Positions 12,366 to 24,274 of a stretch of 64,000 bases of DNA are shown one piece after another (the stretch's first letter is position 1; every line of letters starts with the position of its first letter). The stretch comes from Camelus ferus (taxonomy: Eukaryota), in contig NC_045711.1 of NCBI RefSeq assembly GCF_009834535.1, positions 25,978,001-26,042,000 of the forward strand. Reading direction: 5' to 3'. The notes beneath the pieces were generated by a model. It was not told the origin of the DNA. It was given only the letters and a program-made list of their open reading frames with translations, and did not search any database. The position numbers and the translations under genes are program-made.

Positions 12366-13029
12366 ATGTCCTTCTCTGTCCCCAGTCCTGCATATGGTGA
12401 ACTCTTGGGTGCCTCTTGACTCCAGGCTTCTGTGAGTCAATTTGTTGACCCTACTGTGTGCATAGGCTCTGAATTTGACCATGAGGGTTTCAGTAATTGG
12501 TACAAGGAACTGGGGAGAGGCCAGTGATTCCATGGAGGAAGGAGGGGTTCTCTCCTTCCTTCAGGCATTTTCTGATCATTAAGGTGCTAGGTCCTGGATG
12601 TGAGTAATTAATAACGCTCTGAACACATTGGCTTTCTTTATTATTCCCTTGTCTCTGTTGAGGGACAGATGATTAATCTAAATCATTATTTACATTCTGT
12701 CTGATCATGTTTTCAGACCCGCATTGATGACCACAGCTGTCTCATCTGTCTGAGCACTGATCATTTTCCTCCAGTGATCTGGGCTGCTTTGTCGATGTTC
12801 ACCCTACCAAGAGGAAGGGTGACCCCAGAGACAGGAAACTTGCATTGACCATGGCTCCAGTTTTCCACCTGTAAAACCTCCCGCCAGGGGGCCCCAAAGC
12901 CAGGTTGGTTAAAGAAACTAGTCTCGCACTCATTTCCTAGTTATGTGACTTGGGAAAGTCTCACTCTCTCTGAGCTCTAGTTCTTTGGAAAATACTGTCC
13001 CCTCCACCGGGAAATATTCTGCCTTTGTA

Positions 13030-13350
13030 TTTTGCCCTTCATCAGTCCAAGCCTGGCCAGCTCTTATTCATCCCTCAGGCCTTAGCTTCCATAGCACTTC
13101 CTCCAGGAAGCCTGCCCTGAATTCCTCCCCAGCTGCTGCCACCAAGGCTGGTAAAGCAGCCCACCTGCAGGCTCACGTGCGGCAGGTGCCCAGCCCGTCA
13201 GTGCTGCAGAGCACCTGTCTCCATCCCCACCGGAACGTAGATGCCCTCTGGAACAGAGGCCACGTCTGTCATGCTTCCTGATCTGAGCCCAGCCCCCAGC
13301 ACAGCCCCAGGCTCAGAGTAGGTGCTCAGTCAATATTTGTTGAACAAAGG
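13030..13350 (+). mobile_element. L2 LINE 3' fragment
   Basis: 'ctcttattcatccctcaggccttagcttccatagcacttcctccaggaagcctgccctga' and tail 'agtaggtgctcagtcaatatttgttgaa'. Confidence 0.75.
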
Positions 13351-14102
13351 AAGAGAGACATGCCAACGCCCCTGTCTGCTTCTGGGGATGCTGCAGCGTG
13401 ATGTATTCATGCTCCCCTGCGGAACGAGACGCCAGGTGAAGACTTATCATTACCGTTAATGATGATAAGCCGCCAGATGCTTCTAGTTCCTCCGCCGAAG
13501 AACAAGCCGGCATCTAAAGGCAGCTCAGATCTCACTGAGCTCTGAAAGTGCCGAACAACTTGGAGGAAGATGTGGCTCCCCTGCAGGGGCAGCCAGGGCT
13601 CTAGAGCTGGAAATGGTGATGTGGAGCCTCCTGAACACTCTAGGAAACCTTCTCCAGGAAGATAAGAGGAGAATCAAAGTGGGCGATTCCCTCCCGTTCT
13701 ACCTTTCAACTTCCTCAAGGTCGAAGATGCAAATCTTGGCAGAGGACACGGAGCGCTGGGGAAGCCCCTTCCCAGGCTACAACTCCATAAACTCTCTCCA
13801 AGTAAAACCCCAGGGCATGATCCGCTGTGGAAGGGAGAAACAAGTGTGGGTATGACACTGTGCAAACTCTTAACTGCCTGGCCTGGCAAGCGAATTAACT
13901 TGTTAAACAAAATGCATATATCTGCATACATTTGAATACATGAATAAGATCACTCTGCTCAGGTCCAACTTCTCCCAGAGGGAGGAGTCGGGGAGACTAG
14001 AGGAGGATCCCGAAAAAAGAGGCTTGGGCCGCTCCAAGGCCGCACCTGAAAGGCCAGGCCTTTGCAGGCTATATTTATAGATTAAACACAAAAAGCATCT
14101 CC

Positions 14103-14314
14103 NNNNNNNNNNNNNNNNNNNNNNNNNNNNNNNNNNNNNNNNNNNNNNNNNNNNNNNNNNNNNNNNNNNNNNNNNNNNNNNNNNNNNNNNNNNNNNNNNN
14201 NNNNNNNNNNNNNNNNNNNNNNNNNNNNNNNNNNNNNNNNNNNNNNNNNNNNNNNNNNNNNNNNNNNNNNNNNNNNNNNNNNNNNNNNNNNNNNNNNNNN
14301 NNNNNNNNNNNNNN
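14103..14314. other. Assembly gap (N-run)
   Basis: 212 N. Confidence 0.99.
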
Positions 14315-15289
14315 CCGTTGAGGAGAATGGGTATCAAGATGTAAAGTGCCATAATACGGCCAATTTGTTACCGCTGCACCAAGGCGCTCTGTCATTAAGT
14401 ATTTGCTCTTGCAGGGGCTGGAAACCAGTTGGTTACTTTTGCAGGTTGGCGTTAATGAGCAAGGGAGTCAGAATCTGGTGGAGAGGAAGCGGGTGAGGAC
14501 CAAAGAGGCAGCAGGGCGCCGAGGTGGATCGCAGACTAGCAACTCACAGGCAAATGGGAGGAAACTTGGTACAGTCCCCGGGGGTGGGGATTTGCCCTTT
14601 CCAGATGCTTCTTCCCCAAAGAGGCCCAGGAGGGAGAGACGGTTCCCACCCCAAGCCTGGTTATCAGCCAGGTCCCCGTTTCCAGAGGACAGGGTCCATC
14701 AGTGACCAGAAACGTCCATTACGAGGCTGACCGCTCTGCTGTGCAGATGCCCGTGCTTCGCAGGAATGTAACGAAGATCGGCTCCTTGGACTGGACCCAG
14801 GAGAAGAGCCCCGTTCCTGGGGATCCATCCACAGCTCCCTGTACCTCCGGGCCGAGGTGGCCCACGGGGACAGGGGAACGTCCCAGCAGCTGCGTGGTAA
14901 CCTGTTCCAGAGCCACCCAGGTTGAAATATGGCCCGAAAGAAACTGAGGGTCCCCCAGCCTCATAACTCACCATTAACTCTGACAACCCAGACATCTCCA
15001 GGGAGGAACTAAATGACCCCCTTGGTGAGCCTGGACTTGAGCTGCAGTGGTGCCAGTCAGGGCATGTGACAAATCATGCCAAGCTCCCCAGGTCGATGGG
15101 AAGGGACGTGGCCCTCGAGTGGTGAGAAAACCAAATGCCTGGAAATTCAAGTCCAGTTTCAAGAAGGACAGGAGTGCAAGGAGATGGACCAGGGCGCTGC
15201 CCTAAAGGCACAGACCTCAGGGAGCCGAGCAGCCAGGCCAGCCCCTCCCAGGCTTCATGGCCTTGTGCTTCTAGCTGGTTGTCTTTCAC

Positions 15290-15540
15290 CATTTATTCGT
15301 TCTTTCATTCATTCAACAAACACCTGGGGCCTATCAGGTCTTTCCCCAGGCAGTCCTGACTCTCCCTGGGCTTTGCTTTCAGCCCAAGGCAGGTCATTGA
15401 GTCTGTTAACTCTCCTGGGGTACAAGCTCTGTCCCCACCCCCCACCCCATCTATCAGTGTCTGGCACATAGTAGGGCATGAATGAGTTGTTGAACAAGTG
15501 AATGAATAAATAAAAGAATGAATGAATGAATGCATGCATG
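15290..15540. mobile_element. Two oppositely oriented L2 3' tails
   Basis: Minus-strand tail 'ttcattcattcaacaaac' at about 15304 and plus-strand tail 'tctggcacatagtaggg...gttgttgaacaagtgaatgaat' at about 15460-15535. Confidence 0.7.
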
Positions 15541-16724
15541 CGTCTGCCCCTCAGGTTCTGGCTCCCAAATTAGACCCTGTGACTCCAGCAGAGGTGAAGG
15601 AGAAGCTGAGCAGGAACTGGAGGAAAGTTTGCATGTTCAGAACTGGGGGCATCTGAAGGCTGTGCCCGGCCCATGGATGTTATCATCACTCAGGAGCCAG
15701 GCGAGGGAACAGCAGCCACTAACAGGCGAGTTGCGAGTCTCCTGGAAACGCCCGTCTGGAGTCTGATCAGGGTCCTGGAAGCAACCGGCTCAGAACTGCC
15801 CTTTCTCAGCCCCACTGTAGCCCACCTCCCAGCTAGGGTGAGGGCCCACTCGGCCTCATCTCAGGAAGCTCCTCGAGGGGTCCGAGGCCCTGAAGGTGGG
15901 GGAGCCCCGTCCTCTGAGCTGCCTCGGCCCTAACCTTCCTGAGCCCAGCCCTGCGGCTTCTGGGGCGCCCGGCCCGTGAGGAAGGCATGTGTCTGAGGAA
16001 GGGGGAGGGTGACCATGTCGCAGACGGGGCAGCCCCCCAGCAGAGGAGTCTGGTGCTGACTGAGTTGGGAGGTCATTTGGAGGTGATGAGAGGTCATGTC
16101 CCTGGGTGGCTGGTCCAGGCCAGTCTGAGCTGGGATGTGTCTGGAGTTTATGAAGAAGTGTGTAGGTGCAAAAGTCAGTTCTTCTAAGATAAATAAGTGA
16201 GCAATTGCCGGCTGAGGTGCCACCATGAGTACTTAGCTTAATCAAGCGTTGTCATCCCCGAGGTAATTTAGCGGCTCCATTCATCACTGCTCCTTCATCC
16301 TCTCTGTGGCACCACTGCTAACAGTTCTCTCGCGAAGGCAGAAAGTTGCCAAGCAAACTTTGAGTCCTGTCCTCACGTCCACCCAACCAGCTCTTGCCTC
16401 AGAGGCCGGGGTGATATTCCAAGAGACTGACAACCAGGAAAGTCCAGGGACTGACCGATCGGAAATGCCACTGGCTGCTCCTACCAGTTAGCTTCAGCCA
16501 AACATCAGACCGGATGGAGGGGGTCTGGGGAGGGGGCCCTTCCTCCCGTGTGGTTGGAGGCCCTTGAAAACTCTTTGTTGTCTCCTTTCAACAAACCTTG
16601 AAAAGAAAGTGTAAGTGGACATCCTTCTCCACCTTTCTTTCATACCTGGGTAAACTGAGGCAGGAGAGAATCATGGTCATCTGACCCACTCTTACAGACA
16701 ATGGTGGATTTTGAAAACTCTCAG

Positions 16725-16870
16725 GCTGGATTCGAACCCTGGCTCACTCACTCAGGAGCTGTGTGGCCTTTTGCAAAATCCCAATCTCTCTGTCCCTCCA
16801 TTTTCACTTCTATAAAATGGGGCTGATGACACCTACCTCCCTGGGCATGAGAAGATGAAGCGAGAATCCC
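16725..16870 (+). mobile_element. MIR SINE
   Basis: 'ggattcgaaccctggctc...gctgtgtggcctt...tataaaatggggctgatgacacctacctc'. Confidence 0.75.
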
Positions 16871-16909
16871 TGCGGCTGGGACGGAACAGACATTTAAAAA
16901 GTGGGAACC

Positions 16910-17010
16910 GAGTGACATCAGCAAGATGGCAGAATAGGAAGTCCTGGACCCTCCTTCCCCCATGAGCACACCGACCCAGCCACTGCCCACAAACTCCCTT
17001 TGTAGGAAGT
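16910..17010 (+). mobile_element. Isolated L1 5'UTR start (L1M-type)
   Basis: 'gagtgacatcagcaagatggcagaataggaagtcctggaccctccttcccccatgagcacacc...ccctttgt' matches the first ~100 nt of ancestral L1M 5' ends as recalled, including the YY1 site. Confidence 0.7.
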
Positions 17011-17544
17011 GGGAGTCAGCCACAGACGAGTGGGGTGATGTGTCTCAACTCATGTGGTGGGTCAGGGTGGGGGACAAGGTCCAAAATCCCAGTCTCAACT
17101 CTCATTCCAGTGGTTTCCATAGCAACAGATCCCAATCTGGTGACGAGTAGGCATGATTTTGTGACATCCCAGAGTATATAAAATTATCCGAAGGCCATCA
17201 CAAAATAATCAAATCGTATGCTCCGCTGTGCTTTCTCTTGGTGGGCTTGTCATAAAGATTTGACAACGATGACAAGATGTCAGTTTGGTTCCTAAGGAGT
17301 CAGACATCCCCGGTTCAGCTGGTTGAGATGATTTTTGCCTTCAACTCTGACACTGGAAAAGTTCAAGTCAGATTCAATGACTTGTGCCTTTCTAATTAAG
17401 CCCCAGATGCCCAACTCCACTTCATCCCTAAATGTCCCACAAGTTTCTCCATCACGCCATAGCTCCATTCCATTGCCTCCACCCTCATGAGCTCTCTCCT
17501 GCCTTCTGTCCACCAGACCTGAACAGAGTGGCCAAAATACTAAG

Positions 17545-17695
17545 GCAGGGCTGCTTCAACTTTAATAGGTAAAAGCAGCACCTGGGAAGCTTACGGAAAT
17601 GCAGCTTCTGATTCAGTGGGTCTCGGGGGAAGCTTACAATTCCACATTCCTAACAAGTTCCCGGTTCTGTGCTGCTTCTGGATGGCACGTTGGGT
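17545..17695. mobile_element. MER5-type hAT MITE fragment
   Basis: 'cacctgggaagcttacggaaatgcag...ttctgattcagtggg...taacaagttccc'. Confidence 0.7.
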
Positions 17696-17709
17696 CCAGT
17701 GTACTTAGG

Positions 17710-17895
17710 CAGTGATTTTCCCACCCTGGGGTGCATTAGAATCACCTGGAGGGCTTGTTCAAGCAGATCCCTGGACCTCACCCCCAGAGTTTCTGATTCA
17801 GTGGATCTGGGGCAGGGCCTGAGAGTTTGTATTTCTCACAAGTTTCCAGGTGACACAATGTTGCTGATCTGAGGACCACACTTTGAGAACCACCG
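17710..17895. mobile_element. MER5A hAT-Charlie MITE
   Basis: 'cagtgattttcccacc...ttagaatcacctggagggcttgtt...acactttgagaaccaccg' with recognisable terminal inverted repeats. Confidence 0.9.
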
Positions 17896-18119
17896 CACTG
17901 AAGGATAGATGTGGCCAGGTGATGCAGAAAGCCTCCCCATCCCAGCTCCCTAGCTTGTTGCCCTGTGCACCAACCAGGTGTCTCTCCACTGGACTTCCTG
18001 TTCCTTCCCCACACCTCTCCCTGGATGAGGCTTCCTCGGTGGGACCACCTCTGATGGCAGGGCCGAACCCTCCCTCTGTCCCTGCATCCAGTACATCCAC
18101 AGAGCTAGGAGAGAGACAG

Positions 18120-18700
18120 AGACAGATTTTGCAAAAGCTGCACAAAAATCGGCCAAATTTATGTCTCCCTTGCAGGAGGAATGCTGCCGAGTGGAAATAA
18201 AATGCAGGATTCCTGGGCATTCTATTACCTCTTCGTGTCACCGGCAGTGACTGATGGTGAAAAGTAAGATTGCAAACGGAATCGCTTTCGCTTTGGCCAG
18301 AACAAACTCCACCCAGCGACGGAGCCTCCTGCAAATCAAGTGTCACCGACAGCCACCGTGAACGGAGCCAGGGAAGCAGCCATTGCGGAGGGGAGAGCCT
18401 TCTCCCAGCCCAGGCCCCGGGGTCGTCCTTCACCTAAAAGCAGGGGCCCCTGCAGGCAAAAGAGAATCCAGTTTGATTTAATACAGTTCATTTTTCTTCC
18501 TTGTTTTAATCACGGAGTAATAATAATAATAAACTCGCCTTTATATAGTGTCTTTCATTGCCAGTGCATCACCGAACCCTTTACAGATTTAATAATGGAG
18601 TTTCAGAAATAAATAATGGGGAATAATAACAGGAAGGATAAATAACATATTTATGGAATTGTATTGTGTTTTATGGTGGTAAACAGTTCCTCAGACAGCC
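18120..18700. promoter_or_regulatory. Candidate conserved enhancer
   Basis: Largely non-repetitive, AT-rich island with retained CpGs. TTTATGG at 18650 and 18670; GTAAACA at 18679. Confidence 0.45.
18518..18586 (-). mobile_element. Ancient amniote MIR-type (MIR1_Amn-like) 3' tail
   Basis: The reverse complement 'tgtaaagggttcggtgatgcactggcaatgaaagacactatataaaggcgagtttattattattatta' aligns to the recalled tail 'tgtaaagcgctttgagatcc...atgaaaggcgctatataaatgcaaagtattattattatt'. Confidence 0.55.
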
Positions 18701-18904
18701 GCCAGCAGGAAATGAAGGGGTTTGGAAAGGAGAAGGGAAAAGAAGAGATAGGTGCCTTCAGGTCAGATGTGAGATGTCAGAGTGCAGAGCAAGGGATGGG
18801 GAGTGGGCTGCCCAGGAGGAGGGGGTCCGCCTCTGGGGGGGGGGGGCTTTCCTGCCGAGGGGCGGGGCTGGGAGGGCAGCACAATGAGGTGCATGGAGGA
18901 GGGT

Positions 18905-19205
18905 GTCTGGCACTGGTTGGATTCTCTGGAAACAAAAACTGAGGGGTGAGGTGCATGATCTTTATTAGGGATCAACCCTGTGTAAGGAGGAGAGGGAACA
19001 GGGTCAGACAGAGGTCAAAGTTGGGCCCAAGTGGCCAGGCCTGTAGACCCCACCGGACTTGGTCACTGGATGCAAGGATGCCCCGGAAGGTGGTTGCCTC
19101 AGGCTAGAAGCTCTCTGCAGCCAAAGCTGATGCTGCCTGGACTTCCCGCTCCAAGCCTTCCTTGGAGGATGTGGGCGGGGCATCTCCACGTCCCCCACAC
19201 CGCGC
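18905..19205 (-). mobile_element. LTR16-family ERVL solo LTR, degraded
   Basis: 'ggttgggattctctggaaacaaaaactgagg...tttattaggg', 'gtcactggatgcaaggatgcccc', ending 'ggatgtgggcggggcatc'. Confidence 0.55.
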
Positions 19206-19417
19206 TGGAGGGATCAGCAGGGTCAGAGGTACAAGGGAAGTAGATGGGAAGAAAGGACAGACACCTGGCCCAAGAGACAGGATGAGGCTCTCCCTCCTGC
19301 TCTGTCCCCCTTGTCCATGGTACTGATTGGAGAATTACCCTGTGGTAGTGTCAGCAGGCTGCGTTTCCTGTCTGATTGCTTTTTTTGCCTGGCCGTATTC
19401 TAAGGGCTTTACACGTA

Positions 19418-19742
19418 TAGCTGGCCCTTGAACAACATGGGGGTTAGGACGTCGACCCGCCTGCCATCAAAAATCCACATACTGTTTTCTCTGCCTCAAA
19501 AACAAAGGAATTGGTAAATGACAGCCAAGGGCAGGAAGCTGAAACAGTTTGGATAGAATCAGGACTTAAACCCTAGTTCTTTTTGATTTCATATATTGTC
19601 ATCTCTAACTGAACACAAACTTTCCCCGACACTTAATTTAAAGACCTGTAAAATGAAAATACAGGTAGTGTAATTATTGAAAACAAATCCGTGTATCAGT
19701 GGACCCACCTAGTGCAAACTTATGTTGTTCAAGGGTTAACTA
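19418..19742. mobile_element. Tigger2-family (TcMar) MITE inserted in a MIR
   Basis: TIRs 'tagctggcccttgaacaacat' and 'atgttgttcaagggttaacta', flanked by TA at 19416-17 and 19743-44. Antisense MIR sequence lies on both sides. Confidence 0.85.
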
Positions 19743-20497
19743 TACTGTCTTTTTTGTAGATAAGGAAATTATGACTTGGAGGCTTGAACAACTTGCCCAG
19801 AGACAGTGGGTCAGGGATGGCCAAGTCAGGTCTTAATCACGGCCCCACAGGAAATCCATTTCCCTCTGCTGGCTAGAGATGGAATGAAGCCCATGTCAAG
19901 TGCTCAGGGTCAGTAAGTGCAGCATTGGTCCTCCTGGACTGGTTTCCAGGAGTCGCAGACCTCTGCGAGATTCATCCCGGTCTGTGGATGAAGCACCAGG
20001 TTCAGCAGCTGATGCCACCAGACCTGGGACCTGGGACCTGGGCGGGTTGGCTGCAGAGGCCAGTGTCTGCTCCTGGGTCACCCTGCAGGGCTGTGCTCTG
20101 GTCAAATGGCCCCACACAGCGAGACTCACTTCAGCCGTGTGCCCTGCTTTGGCATCGGCCATTGCCTGGCAGGAGGCCACCTGGATCTGTCCTGGCCCCC
20201 CAGAAGCTCCCACTGCAGTGGCTCATATTTCCTTTAGAAAGTTCTAGACCCCCACCACTTGTTTACAAGTGGTGCTCACCTGGCTGGTGCCTTACATGGG
20301 CTTTAAATGTATTAGTCTTGTGTTCAAATGTATTGTCTTGCAAGAGGCGGGTGGCTAACTCACAGAGCGTGTATCCATCTCCCCAGAGCACCTCCAGTGT
20401 CTGCCAAGCAGAAGTAACTCTAGACCCTGCTTGCAGGGGTACCGGAGGGGAGGAGCTGAGTGCTGGGTGGTCTCCCCTCCCAGACCCCAGTCACCAC

Positions 20498-20620
20498 CAG
20501 TTCATTTGATGCACATTTCTTGAGCACCTACTATGTACCAGATGCTATAGAATGCCCTCTGAATATAGCCTTGAATGAGCCAGACAGAACCCCTGCCCCC
20601 CTAAGTGATTCTAGAACTAG
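20498..20620 (-). mobile_element. L2 LINE 3' tail
   Basis: 'ttcatttgatgcacatttcttgagcacctactatgtaccag'. Confidence 0.75.
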
Positions 20621-21663
20621 CTCTATATTTATAATCATTCTGGGAGGGGCAGGAATCCAGGTAGCCGCCTGCACTGCTGATCTTCACAGAACCTCAATGT
20701 CCACGTCTGTGAAATGGGAGGGATCCTTCGCGTTCGCCAGTGCAGGAGCTTTCAGTCCCAGGCAGGGAAACTAAGTAGACTTCACAGCTCAGGTCCCCAT
20801 GCTCGCCTTCCAAAGCTGTGACTGTGTTGCGGTGGCATTTGTCACCATTTCCTCCCTGTCAGCGCTGGCAGGTTGCGCCGGGATCTCCCGCTGGGAATCT
20901 TGGAGTCAGACAACCGATTTGCATGTTATTCTTTTTAAAATGCAAAGCTTTCCTCACTGCCTCCCTCTCCAGGATAAAGCGGGGTGGGTTTCCTGGTGGG
21001 GACAAAGGCCACTTATTTTAGCGCTTTCAGATGGTTCACTCCCAGGATTTGGGGAGCTTGGAGTGGCGGGTGCCCCATATTGGACTTCCCTGGTTGGTCA
21101 GCCAGGCCCCCTGGGGGACAGGGTAGAGGTGTCCCTAACCTCGGGGAGCACTGAACGCAGCTCGGGGCAAAGAGCGGGTAAAAGAGGACAGGGACGCTTG
21201 CGAAGCCGCAGACCAGCAGGTGAGCCGCCCTGATGCAGGGCGTGGAGTCAGAGCTGGAGGGAGCTTTCCAAGGAGCCAGGTCCCCATGACAGCCAGCCGG
21301 GGCAGCCCTCACCCTAATGCCGCCCGGGGTCGGGGGACACCCCTCTGAGTGCAGCCCCCTCCAGGCTGGCTGCTTTCACAAGCCCCACAGCAGCATTTAC
21401 GTGGCTTTCAAGGCCCCATAGATGTCGCTCCAACCAATACGTCACCTCCAGTGTAAATTTCAGGGCAGAGTGCTGAGCCTGAGTCTCCCTGTCACCTGTG
21501 CAATGGGGACAATCCGATCAATCGGGCTTTGGCAGGATTTACAAGGTTAAGGAGCAACCCTCAAGGCTCACGCTCAACCTCTGGAACCCCAGGCTCTCGC
21601 CTACCCTCATGGACCCAGATGGGGATCAGTGACCGGCTTATCATGGAGTCCTGTTGACCCTAA

Positions 21664-21879
21664 AGCAGATGGACAAACTCCCACCCACGGGCTACCCTGC
21701 TGCCGCCTGTTTCTGTAAATGACATTTTATTGGAACACAGCCGTGCCGCTCATCTATCTGTTGTCTGTGGCAGCTCTGGGGCATCAGTGGCTGAGTTGAG
21801 TCACTGCCCCAGAGACTGGGGCACAAAGCTGAAAATAATGCTCTCTGGACCTTTACAGGGGATGTTTGCAGACCCCGGG
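21664..21879. mobile_element. MER58A hAT-Charlie MITE
   Basis: 'ccgcctgtttctgtaaatgacattttattggaacacagcc...ctggacctttacaggggatgtttgcagacccc'. Confidence 0.9.
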
Positions 21880-24274
21880 GCTCCTGAGAAAACTGGCTTG
21901 GAGTATGCCCCCCGCCCACCGGGGCCAACGTTAGGGCCTCTGATTCCAAGTCCAGATCTTGGGCTCTGCCCAGAGGAGACCTTCGCTGGTCTAGCAGGGT
22001 GGCCGCCCACCTAGCAGAGCCCGTCGCAGGTGGAAGGGAGAACCGGCATCAGGAGGCGGGGAGTGGCTCATCTGGATCTTGGTGGGCGGTGCCAGGGAGG
22101 GGAAGGGGCGCCGCCCTGACTGGGGACACGGCTCAGCTGATGTGAGGTGCCTTCCAATCAGATCCTTTCTGCGGAGTGTTTCCCCCACACACCCCCGATG
22201 GGAGGTCTTGGAAGGTCCTCATCTTGAGACCAAGGTGGAAACTTAGCATTAGAAGGAGGCCCCGTGTGCCCGAAACTTTACAAGTGCCCAAAAACGTCAG
22301 CTCTTAACTCCTGTTAACTGTTAGAATTGTACACCCGTTTCTCCTTGCTGCTTCTACTTACTGGTCCTCATCCAATTTCTAACAATTTAGAATAGATCTA
22401 TTCCCTTTTCAGTAGGAAAACTTAAAAAAAAATATTGGAAGGTCTTTGTGTCTGGTCACCCGGGGCAGGGTGGCAGCTTGCGCCCCACCTGAGTTCCAGC
22501 AGTTTTCATCAGACGGAGTCACCTCCCCATAAATGACCTGTGCCACTGTCTCAAAGTCGAGCAGACCTACTGTTGAGATGGACAAGTAACCCTAGCTTAC
22601 AGGCAAACTTTCATTAGAACAGCGTGTTCACAGAACTTCCTGGATACGCTGAAACTTACAGCACCCGATAGAGAGCCTCGCCGCTCGGAGTGAGACGGGA
22701 AACAGGCCCAAGGAGGCATCAGAGGTTTAATCGGGCTGTTGCCTCTTTCTGGCTGTAATTATACACTTACTCGTGGAACTTAAGGGAGCCACTTACCTCC
22801 GTCCTACCTGTGGGATCACGGGGACACGTCTGTTCATGCATCCCCGGCCTCCTGACACGCGGCAGAGACGGCGCACGTTGGAGGAGGCGCGTCTGGGTTG
22901 GCCGGCCCACGCCTCCCCGCGGTGCAGTCCACACGTTGCTTTATGTGTACCTTTGATAAATGGCTCTACTTTTATATTCTAATTGGGAACAGAAACAACA
23001 CCTCTGAGGCCCAGGAGAAGCCCCAAGTCCCAGCTCAAATGGGAGATGAAAGGGTTTCCAATGAGAGGGAAAGATGGTTACAAGGAAAAAAAAAATGCAG
23101 GAAGCAGGTGGGAGAATTCTCAGAAAGTGGGGACCAGGGGAAAGCTCATTCTTGAAGACGGGAGACTAGGCTCCCAGAGCCTAGAAAGCAGACAGAACAG
23201 CTGTATCTGTGGGGGTCCAGTGAAGGGTGGGGGGTCCAAGGAGGGAGCTTTCTCAGGTGGGAAATCAGCATTCTTGAAAACCCAGAGAGAAGGCCAGGAT
23301 GTGGCCAGACAGAGGTGATGTCCGGCCCGGGGGGTCAGCATGTAAAACACTCCATAGGCCAGACTGAACTGGTCCAGATGTCCTGCGAACCTCCCAGTTC
23401 CCCTGGGGTTCTTAGCACCTCGGGTGCTTCCCCATCTTCCTCTTCCCGCTTCACCCCTGCCCCCCTTCCTGGAAAGCGCCCCCTGTGTCTGGTGGTGGGT
23501 CGTCGTCCCGCAGAATCATCACCGGAACACACCACGGAGTCCCCCGGGTCTCGCAGGTGAGGGTGCAGATCCTGAGTCAGCACCCCGGGACGGGGCTGAG
23601 GCTCTGCCTACCTAACGAGCCTCGAGGTAATGCTGGGTGCGAGGGCCGCTTTGCGGGGTGAGGGGCCGTGGGGAGCAGCGCTGCTAGGAGGAAGGTTTCT
23701 GAAGTCAATCAAGAAGGGGTATGTCGAGTCTTGAGTATGCTGCTTACTTACTGGCTCTGTGAGCCTCACCCCTGCTGGTCACGGGCCTGTCGCAGAAAGA
23801 TGTGTGGCCCAGAGCAAAGCCAGTGAGCAGGGGGTGGGGGTGGGAGGGAAGATGGCGGTGACTGCTCCCTGCACCACACCCCTGCTTATAAGAAGGGTTT
23901 TCCAGGACTAAATAAGGGATCAGGGCTGCAAGGAGGACTAGGAAATTAACTCATGTATTTATTTATTTACTACCTACCTACTGTTTAAATCACACAACTG
24001 CTGGTGCAGCCTGAAAGTTGAGTGGTAAGTACGTGAGACACCCCCCCAAGAGGTAAACATCCTGCCCAAGTCAGTCCCCAGCCTTGCCACCACCTACTTA
24101 GCGCCACACCATTTGGTGCGTGCACGCACACATGGCCCTGTGATGGGAGGACATGGGTGGATAGTGAACGTGCTGATCTGAGGACTGGAGGTAGATGGGA
24201 AAAGCCTGGTGAATCCCCCTGGAGGCGGGGCAGCCTGGTCGGCCCCTGTTCTCGGTGGAGTAGGATCTCATGCC

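Noticed and set aside
15290-15540. L2-derived miRNA hairpin (miR-28/miR-151 type)
   Set aside because: The two L2 tails point outward with about 150 nt between them and pair imperfectly. Known L2 miRNAs arise at tight tail-to-tail junctions.
23578-23601. REST/RE1 site (tcagcaccccggggacggggc)
   Set aside because: The left half matches, but the spacer is non-canonical and the right half has several mismatches.
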